From: a virus
Direction: 5' to 3' (one strand)
Length of the DNA: 64,000 nt
Virus record (IMG/VR): IMGVR_UViG_3300032323_001800
Span: 1-64,000 of that record
The notes below the pieces were generated by a model that had not been told where the DNA came from, did no database searches, and saw only the letters and a program-made list of their open reading frames with translations. Numbering within the stretch: the first letter of the stretch is position 1; each line of letters starts with the position of its first letter. The position numbers were made by a program, and so were the translations under genes. Below, piece by piece: positions 1-9,502 of the stretch.

Positions 1-1
1 T

Positions 2-385
2 ATATGCCTTGGTGCGTATTGGGCTGATCAATATTATTTTGATATCCTTAAGCCAGATAATAGGGTCGTTCAATATATCAGACGCCCTAACACGGACACA
101 AAACGTCCCCACGCAAAGGGTGTGTTAGTTAATTGGCAAGGACAACAGGAAAGGATGTATTTCTATGACGGCTGTGCTATTACTGGTGATAATATGGATA
201 TTGTGGCTACCTATACTAACGGCGATCCTATGGCTGTTATACAAGGAAAAATTGGGCTAATAGGTTGTCATCCCGAAAGTACTAAAGTTTGGTACGATTA
301 TCATTCCTGGATGCCTAAACACTGGCATCACGGACGGCATCATAAACTGCTGTTAGAATTTGTAGATGAGTTAATGTGTCGTTAG
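2..385 (+). CDS. 5'-partial class I glutamine-amidotransferase-like (BPL_N-like) protein
   Basis: Frame is open from base 2 (ICLGAYWADQYYF...) and continues into the track ORF 122..385; CLGAY resembles the GATase nucleophile elbow and GCHPES resembles the H-x-E motif. Confidence 0.55.
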   Translation: MCLGAYWADQYYFDILKPDNRVVQYIRRPNTDTKRPHAKGVLVNWQGQQERMYFYDGCAITGDNMDIVATYTNGDPMAVIQGKIGLIGCHPESTKVWYDYHSWMPKHWHHGRHHKLLLEFVDELMCR

Positions 386-669
386 TATTTGCCCACAGGC
401 AATGTTGAACTAGCAGGCATATCCCAAATACTTTTACGTTCTATGCGTTTTCTCTGAGCAAATCTTTTAGCATCGCAGTTAGTACAGCAGTGAAAATAGT
501 TGTTGCTTAATCTGCGATGATCTATGTTTTTTAAATCTCTTTCAAACTCTTGATCGCAGTTATCACAGCGAAACACTGCCACAGTTTTATCTCTGACATA
601 TATATGCTCCTTGCCTAATTTACTTAGACGAACATATTCTGAAATCCTTGTTTCTCTGCGTAAGAACAT
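382..669 (-). CDS. Small zinc-ribbon protein
   Basis: 95 aa with CDNC and CCTNC pairs; TAAATA lies 4 nt upstream of the ATG. Confidence 0.6.
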   Translation of the reverse strand: MFLRRETRISEYVRLSKLGKEHIYVRDKTVAVFRCDNCDQEFERDLKNIDHRRLSNNYFHCCTNCDAKRFAQRKRIERKSIWDMPASSTLPVGKY

Positions 670-673
670 AACA

Positions 674-679
674 TATTTA
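674..679 (-). promoter_or_regulatory. T4-like late promoter core TAAATA, 4 nt before the ATG at 669
   Basis: Minus strand reads GTAAATA-TGTT-ATG; lies back-to-back with a plus-strand TAAATA at 704-709. Confidence 0.5.
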
Positions 680-703
680 CATTCGGCTTATAAAATTTTG
701 GGC

Positions 704-709
704 TAAATA
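704..709 (+). promoter_or_regulatory. T4-like late promoter core TAAATA for the structural operon
   Basis: Intergenic CTAAATA upstream of the GGAG SD and the ATG at 743. Confidence 0.5.
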
Positions 710-742
710 TTCAATAGTAAGGTTTATATTGGAGCTTTAATA

Positions 743-3700
743 ATGGCAAGAAAAGAGATTAATATTGGTATCGAAGGTAATGACGGTACAGGCGACCCGA
801 TACGCGAAGCGTTTAGTAAAGTAAATGAAAATTTTAGAGAACTATACAGCTCTCTAGGTTTAGGCGATGCTCTATCATTTGTTGGGTTATCCGACACTCC
901 GGGTACCATTTTAGAAGCAGATGACAACAAAGTATTAGTTGTCGATGGTATCAATGAAACGATTATTTTTAAAGAACTAATCGGAAGTGCTACAATTATT
1001 ATTGACCAAGTTACTGTTGATGGTCAGCCTAAAATTCGTATTAATTCATTAGCTTCTGCGCTTATCAACGACGCGGCTCCAACACTATCAAGATTCTTAG
1101 ATGCTAATGGCAAAAAGATTCAAAACTTAGAAAATCCTGAACAGGAAAGAGACGCTGTTACTAAAGTATATGCTGACACTAAGTTAAGCATTGCTGGTAT
1201 CAATGCCATTGACCCAGAAACAAATCAGCAGAACGTTAATTGGGGAACAATGACTGGGCCGTTGATTCTATCCAGAAATCCTATCGATTCTGATGACATC
1301 AACTTTGAAGGTAAAATTGCTGCCACAAAAGCCTATGTAGATAGTAAAAGTTATTCAAGTGCTTATACATTATATGTTGCCACAAACGGTGACGATATAA
1401 GAGCAGGAGTTCCAGAAAGCCAGATTGGAAGATCGCCGGCTGCATCTTACAAAACAATTCAAAAAGCCTTAGAAGTTGCCGAACAATTAATTAACGATGC
1501 TCCTTTAGAATTAGGACCATATCAAAAGACATTAACATACAGTAACGGCACTGAAGATTGTACATTATTCAGCATTGTTGAATCTCCATTATCTGGACGA
1601 GGAGCAAAAGCTGTAGCTAGATTAGGATTAAATTCATATACTATAGTTGCCACAGGTTCTGGATATATCCCTGGGCAATCATTAACATTAGCAGGCGGAA
1701 CGTTTAGTGTGCCCGCTAGACTGGAAGTTATCAGTACTAACTTTGCAGGAGCAATTACTTCTTTAAACATTACCGATCCGGGCATTTATAGCACATTACC
1801 TGATCCAATAACTAATATGGGATTAGTAGGCGGTGCCAACACTGGCGCTGCGGTATCTGGTTTGTTCGAAGTGGTAAGAGTTGTTGTTACTGACGAGGGA
1901 GGCAGCAAGCCTTCTACCATGTCCGCAGCAACAAAAACACAACCGGTAGTTATTACTACATCAACTGATCATAATTACGAAACAGGAGATTATATAGAAG
2001 TTTCCGACGTTAATGGCATGATTCAGTTGAATGGCAACGAATACTACATTAGTGTAGTTGATTCAACAAGTTTTGAAATTTACTTCGATGAAGCTCGTAA
2101 TAATCCAGTTAACGGTACAGGGTATGGTACCTATACCAGCGGCGGAACTGTTATCGAAGGTAGAGACTTTGGTTCCGCATCTGTTATCTTTACAGGCGGC
2201 GGTGGTAGCGGAGCAGAAGCTAGAACAACTGAAGTCGGTGGTTTAATTAGAGAAATTACTGTAGTTCAGGGAGGTAGTGGTTTTACAACATTTCCAACTT
2301 TAGAAATTTATCTACCTAGATTATTGATTGAAACCAATAATAAAGGAACAGACTTCTTTGACGACCTTAGAGAAGGCCAATTGCTCAGAGGTATTGATTC
2401 AAGAGCGATCTGTAGAATTATCAGTCACGATGGCACACGTATTGGTGGTAGAGAAGTTTTTGATGTCGAATTCGTATCAGGAGTTTTTGATCTTAACGAA
2501 AAATTACAATACGGTGATCCTGCTGTTGATAGACAAGTTATGGTTATCATAGAAGCCGGCATATATTACGAAAATTATCCATTAAGACTAGCACCTAACG
2601 TTACAATCGGCGGACAAGATTTTAGAAGAACTATTGTAAGACCAAAGCCGGGTGTTAGTGAAAGTCCGTGGGCACGTTTATTCTTTAGAAGAGATACAGT
2701 TATTGACGGCATCCGAGTTGCTCCAGTTGAGTACGGATATCATTATTTGACCGATCCATTGGATTTTTCAAGTACTCCAAAGAACAATGATGAGATGGAT
2801 GTATTATTGTGTAATGACGCGACTCGTGCGCAAGATATGTCATTCCAAGGCCATGGCGGATTTAACATGGTGCTTGACCCTGAAGGTCAAATTTTAAGTA
2901 AATCACCTTACTATCAAACTGGTTCTAGCTTTTCGAAGAGTATTAACCAAAAAACATTTGCTGGTGGTCAGTTCGTTGATGGATTCGTTGGTAACTTACA
3001 AGGTATATTATTAACTGACCTCGAGGGAAGAAATGATAGAGTGTTAATTGGAGGTTTAGATCGCGAACCACAACTACCAACATCATTTATTATTGACGGT
3101 GAAATTTTCCGTATTAGCTTAGTTAATAAATTAGAAACTGACTTTTTTAGTGCTAAACTATTATTAGAAGCCAATAGAAGATTTATTCAAGAAGAAGTTA
3201 TTTCTTATGTAAATCTAACATACCCCGACCTTGTTTACGATCAAGCTAAATGTTTTAGAGATGTTGGATTAATTGTTGATTCAGTGGTAGAAGATGTATT
3301 GTTTGGTGGATTTGCTAACAGCGCACAAGCAGGTAGATTATATTTCTCTAACGGTGCTACTGTAGTAGGTGGTCAAGTTTTAGAAACTGTTGCAGCAATT
3401 GCCGAAGCAAAAAGATTAGCTGTAGCTGTTGTAGAACAAGATGTACAGACACCTAGAAACGCCAACGGTGTATCTCAAGTTACAATCAATACAATCGATG
3501 ATGGCGGCGATGCGACAGCAACTGTAGAGGATTGTTTTGATATTATTGGTAACATTGTAAGACGCGGTGAAGATATATACGCTGCTAAAAATCTGTTACA
3601 ACAAAATAAAGAATATATTCAGCAGGAAACAATTAGATACATCGACGAAACATATGTGTTTGATTACAGCGAAACTGATTACCGCAAAGATTTTGATTAC

Positions 3701-6700
3701 ATCATAGATGCTTTAAAATATGATCTAATGTTTGACTCTAACTTCTTGACCGTGCAATCAGCACTGGCTTATTATAGAGCTTATAATTTAGATAAAATTA
3801 CCGGAATAGAAAAAATAGCACTGCTCGATACTCTTAGTGATCTTCGATCACAGATATCATCGTTATTAGCAGTTCCAAATCCTACAGCAAGAACTAGATC
3901 ACTAGCAAATATAGATGTTATCATTGACGTGATAGAAAACGGAACTACTGCGGCTCCGTCATACAGTTTTCCAGCTGCTACTGATTATAACACTTCTTAT
4001 CTAACAGGATATGGTGATGCTAAAGCACAATTAGTGTCTAACAAAGAATTTATCAAAGCAGAAATTACTGCTTGGATTGCTGTGCAGGTTGCTGCAGGGA
4101 CCGTTCCTTTCAGCACAAATTTTGTTTATGACTCTGTTAAATGTGCTCGCGATGTAGGTTATATCATCGATGGATTATTATATGATTTAAGCTACGGCGG
4201 AAACTTAGCTACTCAGATAGCCGGAAGAGCCTATTATGACGGCACAGTTTCACAGTTAGGGTTTGGACAAAAAGAAGAAACATTAGCAGCATACGCAAGA
4301 CTAAAAACTGTTATTGGTCAAGTTATTCTCGAAACTACAGTAACCAAATCAACTGGTAACGCATTAAATCAAAACATAGCAGGCACTGCAGGTTCAGCAG
4401 GATCTGCAACTTTTGCCCAAGATAGAATACAAGAAATTTATGATGTAATTGTGGTTAACGGAAACGAAACTGCTGTGTTAGGTGCGCCAACAGGTATTGG
4501 TACTACAGTCTGGACTGCTACATATCCAGCAGAAATATTGCCTGATACAGCATGGGTCTCGGCACTAGGTACTGGTTTAGTTACTGCTGCTGCTCTAATT
4601 ACTACAAACCAATCTGCAATCATCAACAATCTTATTGATTTTATTGATACAGAATATCTAGACAATACACTTACCTACAATTCTGCTACATGTAAGAGAG
4701 ACGTGGGATTTGTTATTGACGGCTTGTCTATTGATATTTTTGGAGACTTTAACAACAGTATTAGAGCAGGATATTCATACTTCAGTAAAGGCAATCGCTA
4801 TATACCAGCGGACCAATTGCCTGCTACATTAGATTCTTTCGATTATGTTAAAACATTAGCTCTCAATATTGTTAAAAGTGAAACTCCTTCAACTATACGG
4901 TCAGTTCAAAGATTTGTTCCTGCTATTGCTATCAATCAAGCTACTAACGTATTCACTATTCCTAATCACGGATTTACCAGCGGTAGTCGAGTAGTTTATT
5001 CTAATGGTGGCGGCACAACAATTCCTACACAAGATAACAAATTAGTCGATGGAGAAATTTATTACCTGCTTGTCATTGACGGAGCATCTTTCCGAGTTTA
5101 TGAAAGCTTTGAGTTATTAGTATCCGCCGAAAGAACAGGTACTGGAAATTTAGAAATTGATATTTCTAATACAGCAGGTGCATTAGACTATGTTGGCAAT
5201 AATCACAGTTTTGCTTTCCATCAAATCACAGATCCGGCTTTAACACTAACTGACCTAAACGAAGCCGGAGTAATTACTGCAATTAACACAGGCATGGGAT
5301 ATATTAACACTATCCTTTCAGGTGGTGACAGTACTACAGTACCTAGCATATATCCGCAGTTTGAATGTATTTTAGATACTCCATACAATTATCCATATCC
5401 AACAAAAGTTATATTAGGCACAGCTGGTAACAAATCAATGTTGGCCAACGACTTTACACAAATTAACGATATGGGATTTGGTATTTTTGCTACCAATAAC
5501 GGATTGAGTGAGCAAGTTTCAACATTTACCTACTACTGTTATACTGCGTTCTATGCGCTTAACGGTGCTCAGATTCGTTCATTAAATGGTTCGTCATCAC
5601 ACGGTGTGTATGCTCTTAGATCCGACGGTGCTGATCCAGTTGAGATTCCAGATAGAGTTACATTGAAATTTCCTGTAGTACAAACAGCCAATGTTTATGA
5701 AAATATTGGATTAGATATTAGAAACTTAGGTGAAGCATTAGAGCTGTATGTGTATAACTATCAGTATTTGCCGCTAGCTGGCAGTTTAGTTGATATTAAT
5801 CATACCGGCGACCCGGGTGCTCCTACTCGATTAGGTGTTGAAACATATACTGTTAGCTCTGTGACAGTGGAGAATTTACCGCCTGGAGTAGCACAGTTAG
5901 GTCTAGCCGCCACAGGTACTCCACCCGGTCTTAAATTAGCTTGCCCAGCAGGCAAAACAGTTATTATTAGATGTAACGATGAAGTTGTACTTGCAGGTAA
6001 AGAAAATATTGTAGCTACAAGACCATCAACTGCGTTAATATGGGACGAAAACAGAAACAACGTTACTCGAGTATTGAGCTTTGCTTCGTTCGTTGGACAG
6101 GATGCTCAAATAGCAGATGTTGTAACAACTAGTCGAGACGGATTTGATTATGTTTCTATGGTTATTCCGCGAGATGCTGGCGTATCTATTCAACCGCCCA
6201 CTCACGGAGAAGTTGGTGATACACGTATTGCTATAGATGCGCTTAACTTTGATGACGCTAATAGATTATTATTTCCTACCACGGGTGAAATGATCTATGA
6301 TGGTTCTACAATCGGTACTGGTGGTATGATCTTTGGTTGGGGTGACAGCGTATATGAAATCACAAATTATGAAGTAATCAACGCAGGTGATCCAGAAAAC
6401 GAATACGGTCGAGTTACATTTAGAAACGTAACGACTACATCGATTGAAAATCCAAGCGGAGGTTTAACTCAATCTGTTATAGGTATTCCTGGAAACTTTG
6501 AATTGTATGCAGGATTAAGATCTGGAGCAACCGGTGATGTTACTGTTAATATTTCAACCATGCGAGCAACAGGACATGACTTCTTAGATATTGGTACAGG
6601 TTCGTATGCCGACACTAACTATCCTAGCAACATCTACGGACCACCGAGAAACTCAGTTAATAGAGATAACGAGGCGGCTGAGGAAGGTAAGGGACGAGTG

Positions 6701-8764
6701 TTCTACGTTTCAACTGACCAATCAGGTAACTTCCGTGTAGGTGATCTGTTTGGTATTGACCAAGGTACTGGTGTTGTTGATCTTGGTGCTAGAATTTCTT
6801 TAACTAACGTGCAGGCGTTGCGATTAAAGGCGGGCGCACAGATTGTTGAATTCTCAACAGATATTACATTAGGTGGTACTGGTCCAGCGGGCAACGATCA
6901 GGTACCTACAGAAAACGCAATTAGAACATATATTGATAAACGATTGGGATTAAGACATTCAGGTGGCTCAACAGGAACTGGTTTAATTGGTCCAGGATTC
7001 TTGCCACTAGACGGTACTTTAGGAATGAAGGCACCGATCGACATGGACGATTACACTGTAAAAAATCTTCCATTACCGGACGATGATCGCGATGCTGTTC
7101 CTAAAGACTGGATGCGTTTGGCAAATCTTCGAGATTCTCCCGCAGACTGGTTAGATACTACTCCAGCATTTAATACTGCGGATGCTCAAATTTTAGCATT
7201 TACTGGGGTTGATGCTAACTTTATCAACGTAACTGTTGGTGGCGCTATTACTTTTACAAGATCTAGTAGAACACTAACTGCTACAATAAATGATAATGTA
7301 ATCGTTAATGCTGATGTTAATAGTAACGCTGCCATTCAACAAAGCAAATTGAATCTTGTATTAGCATCAGCAAGAGCAGGAGCTCCTACTGGAACTGCGG
7401 CTGTTAAACAAGCGGCCAGTGGATTGGCCAGTTTTGATAATACTTTCTTTAATGCTACTGACGGTTATATCTCCATTCCTAAATCCACAGCACTAGGAAC
7501 GCCAACTGCTGTAACATCAATTGTTGTAGGAACACGATACGTTGTTGACGGAGTCGGAACTACAACTACTCAACTAAATTGGAATACCATAGCAGGTACA
7601 ACCGGAGTAACTTACGGTCCGGGCGATATACTAACTGCTCAAGCAGTAGGATCAGGCAACGGAACTGTAAGAACTATTGACGGAATTGATTTGTCAAGAT
7701 TCAGCAATATTGATCCAACAGTTATTCATGTAACTGATAATAATGCTATTTCTACAAGCGGTAAGGTATTAGGAAGACGAAGAGGTGACTCTGCTGGTCC
7801 AATAGTTCCTATTGATTTTAGAACTGTAATTGAAGACGGTGACGGCCTAGCTAGAAATGAAGTTCCTAGTTTAGGTCTTGTTGCTAGAACAATCTTAGGT
7901 ACTGGATCTGGCAAGTTTTCAACTATTAATTATAGTAATTCTAATAACAACGGATTCATAATACAAAGAGACAATATCGACGGGGGCTTCTCTGCTGGTA
8001 CTATTAATGCTAGTGCTCTTGGGCTTACTGGTGATGTAACAGCCGCAACATTACGATTAACCAGTGCCACTACCACACAAAAAGTAATTGAACGATTGCC
8101 CGATGTAGCATTGTCGGGCGATTTCTACACCATGTTGTATGACGGCAACGGTGGTATCGGAATTAGATTAAATTCATCAGTGGGCGGCTCTGGAAATACA
8201 TTAAAGAACTATACAGAATATTATGCCACAGAACATAGATTCAAAGACAATGTAGGCAGTGCTGCTGGTGGTGTAGTAAATCTGGGTAGCGGTGGTACTC
8301 TAAGTACAGGCGACTCAGCTAACGCTGGAAATATTGTAGGACAGTGGAGTTTAGGTGCTGGTTCTAGAATGCAGGCTACATGGGCTGACTTGGCTGAGTA
8401 CTATACATCAGATCACGATTATCAACCCGGAACTGTGGTAGTGTTTGGTGGCGATGCTGATGTAACTACTACTAATGTCAAGGGCGATACTCGAGTAGCA
8501 GGTGTTGTATCTGAAAATCCAGCCTACTTAATGAATTCAGAGTGCCCTGGAACAAGAATCGCTCTTGCTTTACAAGGTCGTGTGCCTTGTCAAGTAATGG
8601 GTAAAATTAATAAAGGTGATTTAATGATTACCGGAACAATGCACGGAGTAGCTGTTGCTGCTAAAAACGGCAAGACTGGTGTAGGTTCTGTAATTGGAAA
8701 AGCTTTGGAAAACTATGATTCTGAAGAAATTGGAATTATTGAAGTTGCTGTAGGAAGATTATAA
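743..8764 (+). CDS. Giant virion tail/baseplate protein (2673 aa) with beta-helix segments, FCCH-like beta domains, four helical repeats and a C-terminal tail-fibre-type ADLAEYY domain
   Basis: N-terminal NDGTGDPIREAFSKVNENF resembles T4-like baseplate/tail N-termini; YVATNGDD...YKTIQKAL and IEAGIYYEN...TIGGQDFRRTIVRP resemble tailspike beta-helix starts; C-terminal ADLAEYY...GVVSENPAYLMN...ALQGRVPC. Confidence 0.8.
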   Translation: MARKEINIGIEGNDGTGDPIREAFSKVNENFRELYSSLGLGDALSFVGLSDTPGTILEADDNKVLVVDGINETIIFKELIGSATIIIDQVTVDGQPKIRINSLASALINDAAPTLSRFLDANGKKIQNLENPEQERDAVTKVYADTKLSIAGINAIDPETNQQNVNWGTMTGPLILSRNPIDSDDINFEGKIAATKAYVDSKSYSSAYTLYVATNGDDIRAGVPESQIGRSPAASYKTIQKALEVAEQLINDAPLELGPYQKTLTYSNGTEDCTLFSIVESPLSGRGAKAVARLGLNSYTIVATGSGYIPGQSLTLAGGTFSVPARLEVISTNFAGAITSLNITDPGIYSTLPDPITNMGLVGGANTGAAVSGLFEVVRVVVTDEGGSKPSTMSAATKTQPVVITTSTDHNYETGDYIEVSDVNGMIQLNGNEYYISVVDSTSFEIYFDEARNNPVNGTGYGTYTSGGTVIEGRDFGSASVIFTGGGGSGAEARTTEVGGLIREITVVQGGSGFTTFPTLEIYLPRLLIETNNKGTDFFDDLREGQLLRGIDSRAICRIISHDGTRIGGREVFDVEFVSGVFDLNEKLQYGDPAVDRQVMVIIEAGIYYENYPLRLAPNVTIGGQDFRRTIVRPKPGVSESPWARLFFRRDTVIDGIRVAPVEYGYHYLTDPLDFSSTPKNNDEMDVLLCNDATRAQDMSFQGHGGFNMVLDPEGQILSKSPYYQTGSSFSKSINQKTFAGGQFVDGFVGNLQGILLTDLEGRNDRVLIGGLDREPQLPTSFIIDGEIFRISLVNKLETDFFSAKLLLEANRRFIQEEVISYVNLTYPDLVYDQAKCFRDVGLIVDSVVEDVLFGGFANSAQAGRLYFSNGATVVGGQVLETVAAIAEAKRLAVAVVEQDVQTPRNANGVSQVTINTIDDGGDATATVEDCFDIIGNIVRRGEDIYAAKNLLQQNKEYIQQETIRYIDETYVFDYSETDYRKDFDYIIDALKYDLMFDSNFLTVQSALAYYRAYNLDKITGIEKIALLDTLSDLRSQISSLLAVPNPTARTRSLANIDVIIDVIENGTTAAPSYSFPAATDYNTSYLTGYGDAKAQLVSNKEFIKAEITAWIAVQVAAGTVPFSTNFVYDSVKCARDVGYIIDGLLYDLSYGGNLATQIAGRAYYDGTVSQLGFGQKEETLAAYARLKTVIGQVILETTVTKSTGNALNQNIAGTAGSAGSATFAQDRIQEIYDVIVVNGNETAVLGAPTGIGTTVWTATYPAEILPDTAWVSALGTGLVTAAALITTNQSAIINNLIDFIDTEYLDNTLTYNSATCKRDVGFVIDGLSIDIFGDFNNSIRAGYSYFSKGNRYIPADQLPATLDSFDYVKTLALNIVKSETPSTIRSVQRFVPAIAINQATNVFTIPNHGFTSGSRVVYSNGGGTTIPTQDNKLVDGEIYYLLVIDGASFRVYESFELLVSAERTGTGNLEIDISNTAGALDYVGNNHSFAFHQITDPALTLTDLNEAGVITAINTGMGYINTILSGGDSTTVPSIYPQFECILDTPYNYPYPTKVILGTAGNKSMLANDFTQINDMGFGIFATNNGLSEQVSTFTYYCYTAFYALNGAQIRSLNGSSSHGVYALRSDGADPVEIPDRVTLKFPVVQTANVYENIGLDIRNLGEALELYVYNYQYLPLAGSLVDINHTGDPGAPTRLGVETYTVSSVTVENLPPGVAQLGLAATGTPPGLKLACPAGKTVIIRCNDEVVLAGKENIVATRPSTALIWDENRNNVTRVLSFASFVGQDAQIADVVTTSRDGFDYVSMVIPRDAGVSIQPPTHGEVGDTRIAIDALNFDDANRLLFPTTGEMIYDGSTIGTGGMIFGWGDSVYEITNYEVINAGDPENEYGRVTFRNVTTTSIENPSGGLTQSVIGIPGNFELYAGLRSGATGDVTVNISTMRATGHDFLDIGTGSYADTNYPSNIYGPPRNSVNRDNEAAEEGKGRVFYVSTDQSGNFRVGDLFGIDQGTGVVDLGARISLTNVQALRLKAGAQIVEFSTDITLGGTGPAGNDQVPTENAIRTYIDKRLGLRHSGGSTGTGLIGPGFLPLDGTLGMKAPIDMDDYTVKNLPLPDDDRDAVPKDWMRLANLRDSPADWLDTTPAFNTADAQILAFTGVDANFINVTVGGAITFTRSSRTLTATINDNVIVNADVNSNAAIQQSKLNLVLASARAGAPTGTAAVKQAASGLASFDNTFFNATDGYISIPKSTALGTPTAVTSIVVGTRYVVDGVGTTTTQLNWNTIAGTTGVTYGPGDILTAQAVGSGNGTVRTIDGIDLSRFSNIDPTVIHVTDNNAISTSGKVLGRRRGDSAGPIVPIDFRTVIEDGDGLARNEVPSLGLVARTILGTGSGKFSTINYSNSNNNGFIIQRDNIDGGFSAGTINASALGLTGDVTAATLRLTSATTTQKVIERLPDVALSGDFYTMLYDGNGGIGIRLNSSVGGSGNTLKNYTEYYATEHRFKDNVGSAAGGVVNLGSGGTLSTGDSANAGNIVGQWSLGAGSRMQATWADLAEYYTSDHDYQPGTVVVFGGDADVTTTNVKGDTRVAGVVSENPAYLMNSECPGTRIALALQGRVPCQVMGKINKGDLMITGTMHGVAVAAKNGKTGVGSVIGKALENYDSEEIGIIEVAVGRL
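3150..4880 (+). repeat. Four tandem ~90-100 aa helical repeats with a C-x-R-D-x-G core inside the 2673-aa protein
   Basis: Cores YDQAKCFRDVGLIVD, YSETDYRKDFDYIID, YDSVKCARDVGYIID and YNSATCKRDVGFVID, each preceded by an LL..N..FI..E-like segment. Boundaries are approximate. Confidence 0.85.
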
Positions 8765-8776
8765 TCCAAAACTTGG

Positions 8777-8782
8777 TAAATA
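8777..8782 (+). promoter_or_regulatory. Late promoter core TAAATA
   Basis: In the short intergenic gap before the ATG at 8801. Confidence 0.45.
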
Positions 8783-8800
8783 TAGCATATAGAGTAAAAA

Positions 8801-9490
8801 ATGACAATACAAACGATTAATCTTGGAAATGTAGTAAATGATGGCCTAGGCGATGATCTACGCACGGCCTTTGAAAAAGTAAATGCTAATTTCGATACGT
8901 TGACCAGCGAGCTTTCAGTCACCGGTTCAAATATTGGTTCTTTAGGTGTTGGTATTTTTAAACAAAAAACCAACGAACTTTTAGAACTAAAGAAAATTGC
9001 ACCAGGTGATGATACTATTGTTGTACTTGATGATACCGCTACTAACACTGTTAAAATTAGATCACCGTTAAGAAATGTTTTTACATCTGTAGGTACGCCT
9101 AACGGTCCTGTTGCTGCTATATCGCCAACTGGTTCATTTTCGCTAGCGGCTGGTTCTAACATTGAGATATCAAAGTCCGGACAGACTATTACAATCGGCG
9201 CTACTTTGATAAGTTCGGATTTAACCACTGACTTAGATTTAAACAATAATGATATTTTTGGTACTGGTGACATTGATATTAACGGTACTGTTACTGCTAA
9301 CAATTTTATTGGAAATGTTTATGATATAGATGTTAGGCCCATCAACACAGCAGTTTTTGAATTTGAATTTGGCAAGATTGTTCAGGGAACATATGCCAAC
9401 GTAATAGAATTTTTATTTACAGTCGGAGATTACGACTTTGGAACTATAACATCTCCGAGCGAGATTGAATTAGATCTAGGAACCATATAA
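8801..9490 (+). CDS. Virion tail/baseplate protein
   Basis: N-terminal LGNVVNDGLGDDLRTAFEKVNANF has the same motif as the 743 protein; sits in the structural operon. Confidence 0.7.
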   Translation: MTIQTINLGNVVNDGLGDDLRTAFEKVNANFDTLTSELSVTGSNIGSLGVGIFKQKTNELLELKKIAPGDDTIVVLDDTATNTVKIRSPLRNVFTSVGTPNGPVAAISPTGSFSLAAGSNIEISKSGQTITIGATLISSDLTTDLDLNNNDIFGTGDIDINGTVTANNFIGNVYDIDVRPINTAVFEFEFGKIVQGTYANVIEFLFTVGDYDFGTITSPSEIELDLGTI

Positions 9491-9502
9491 CGGAGAACTC
9501 GA

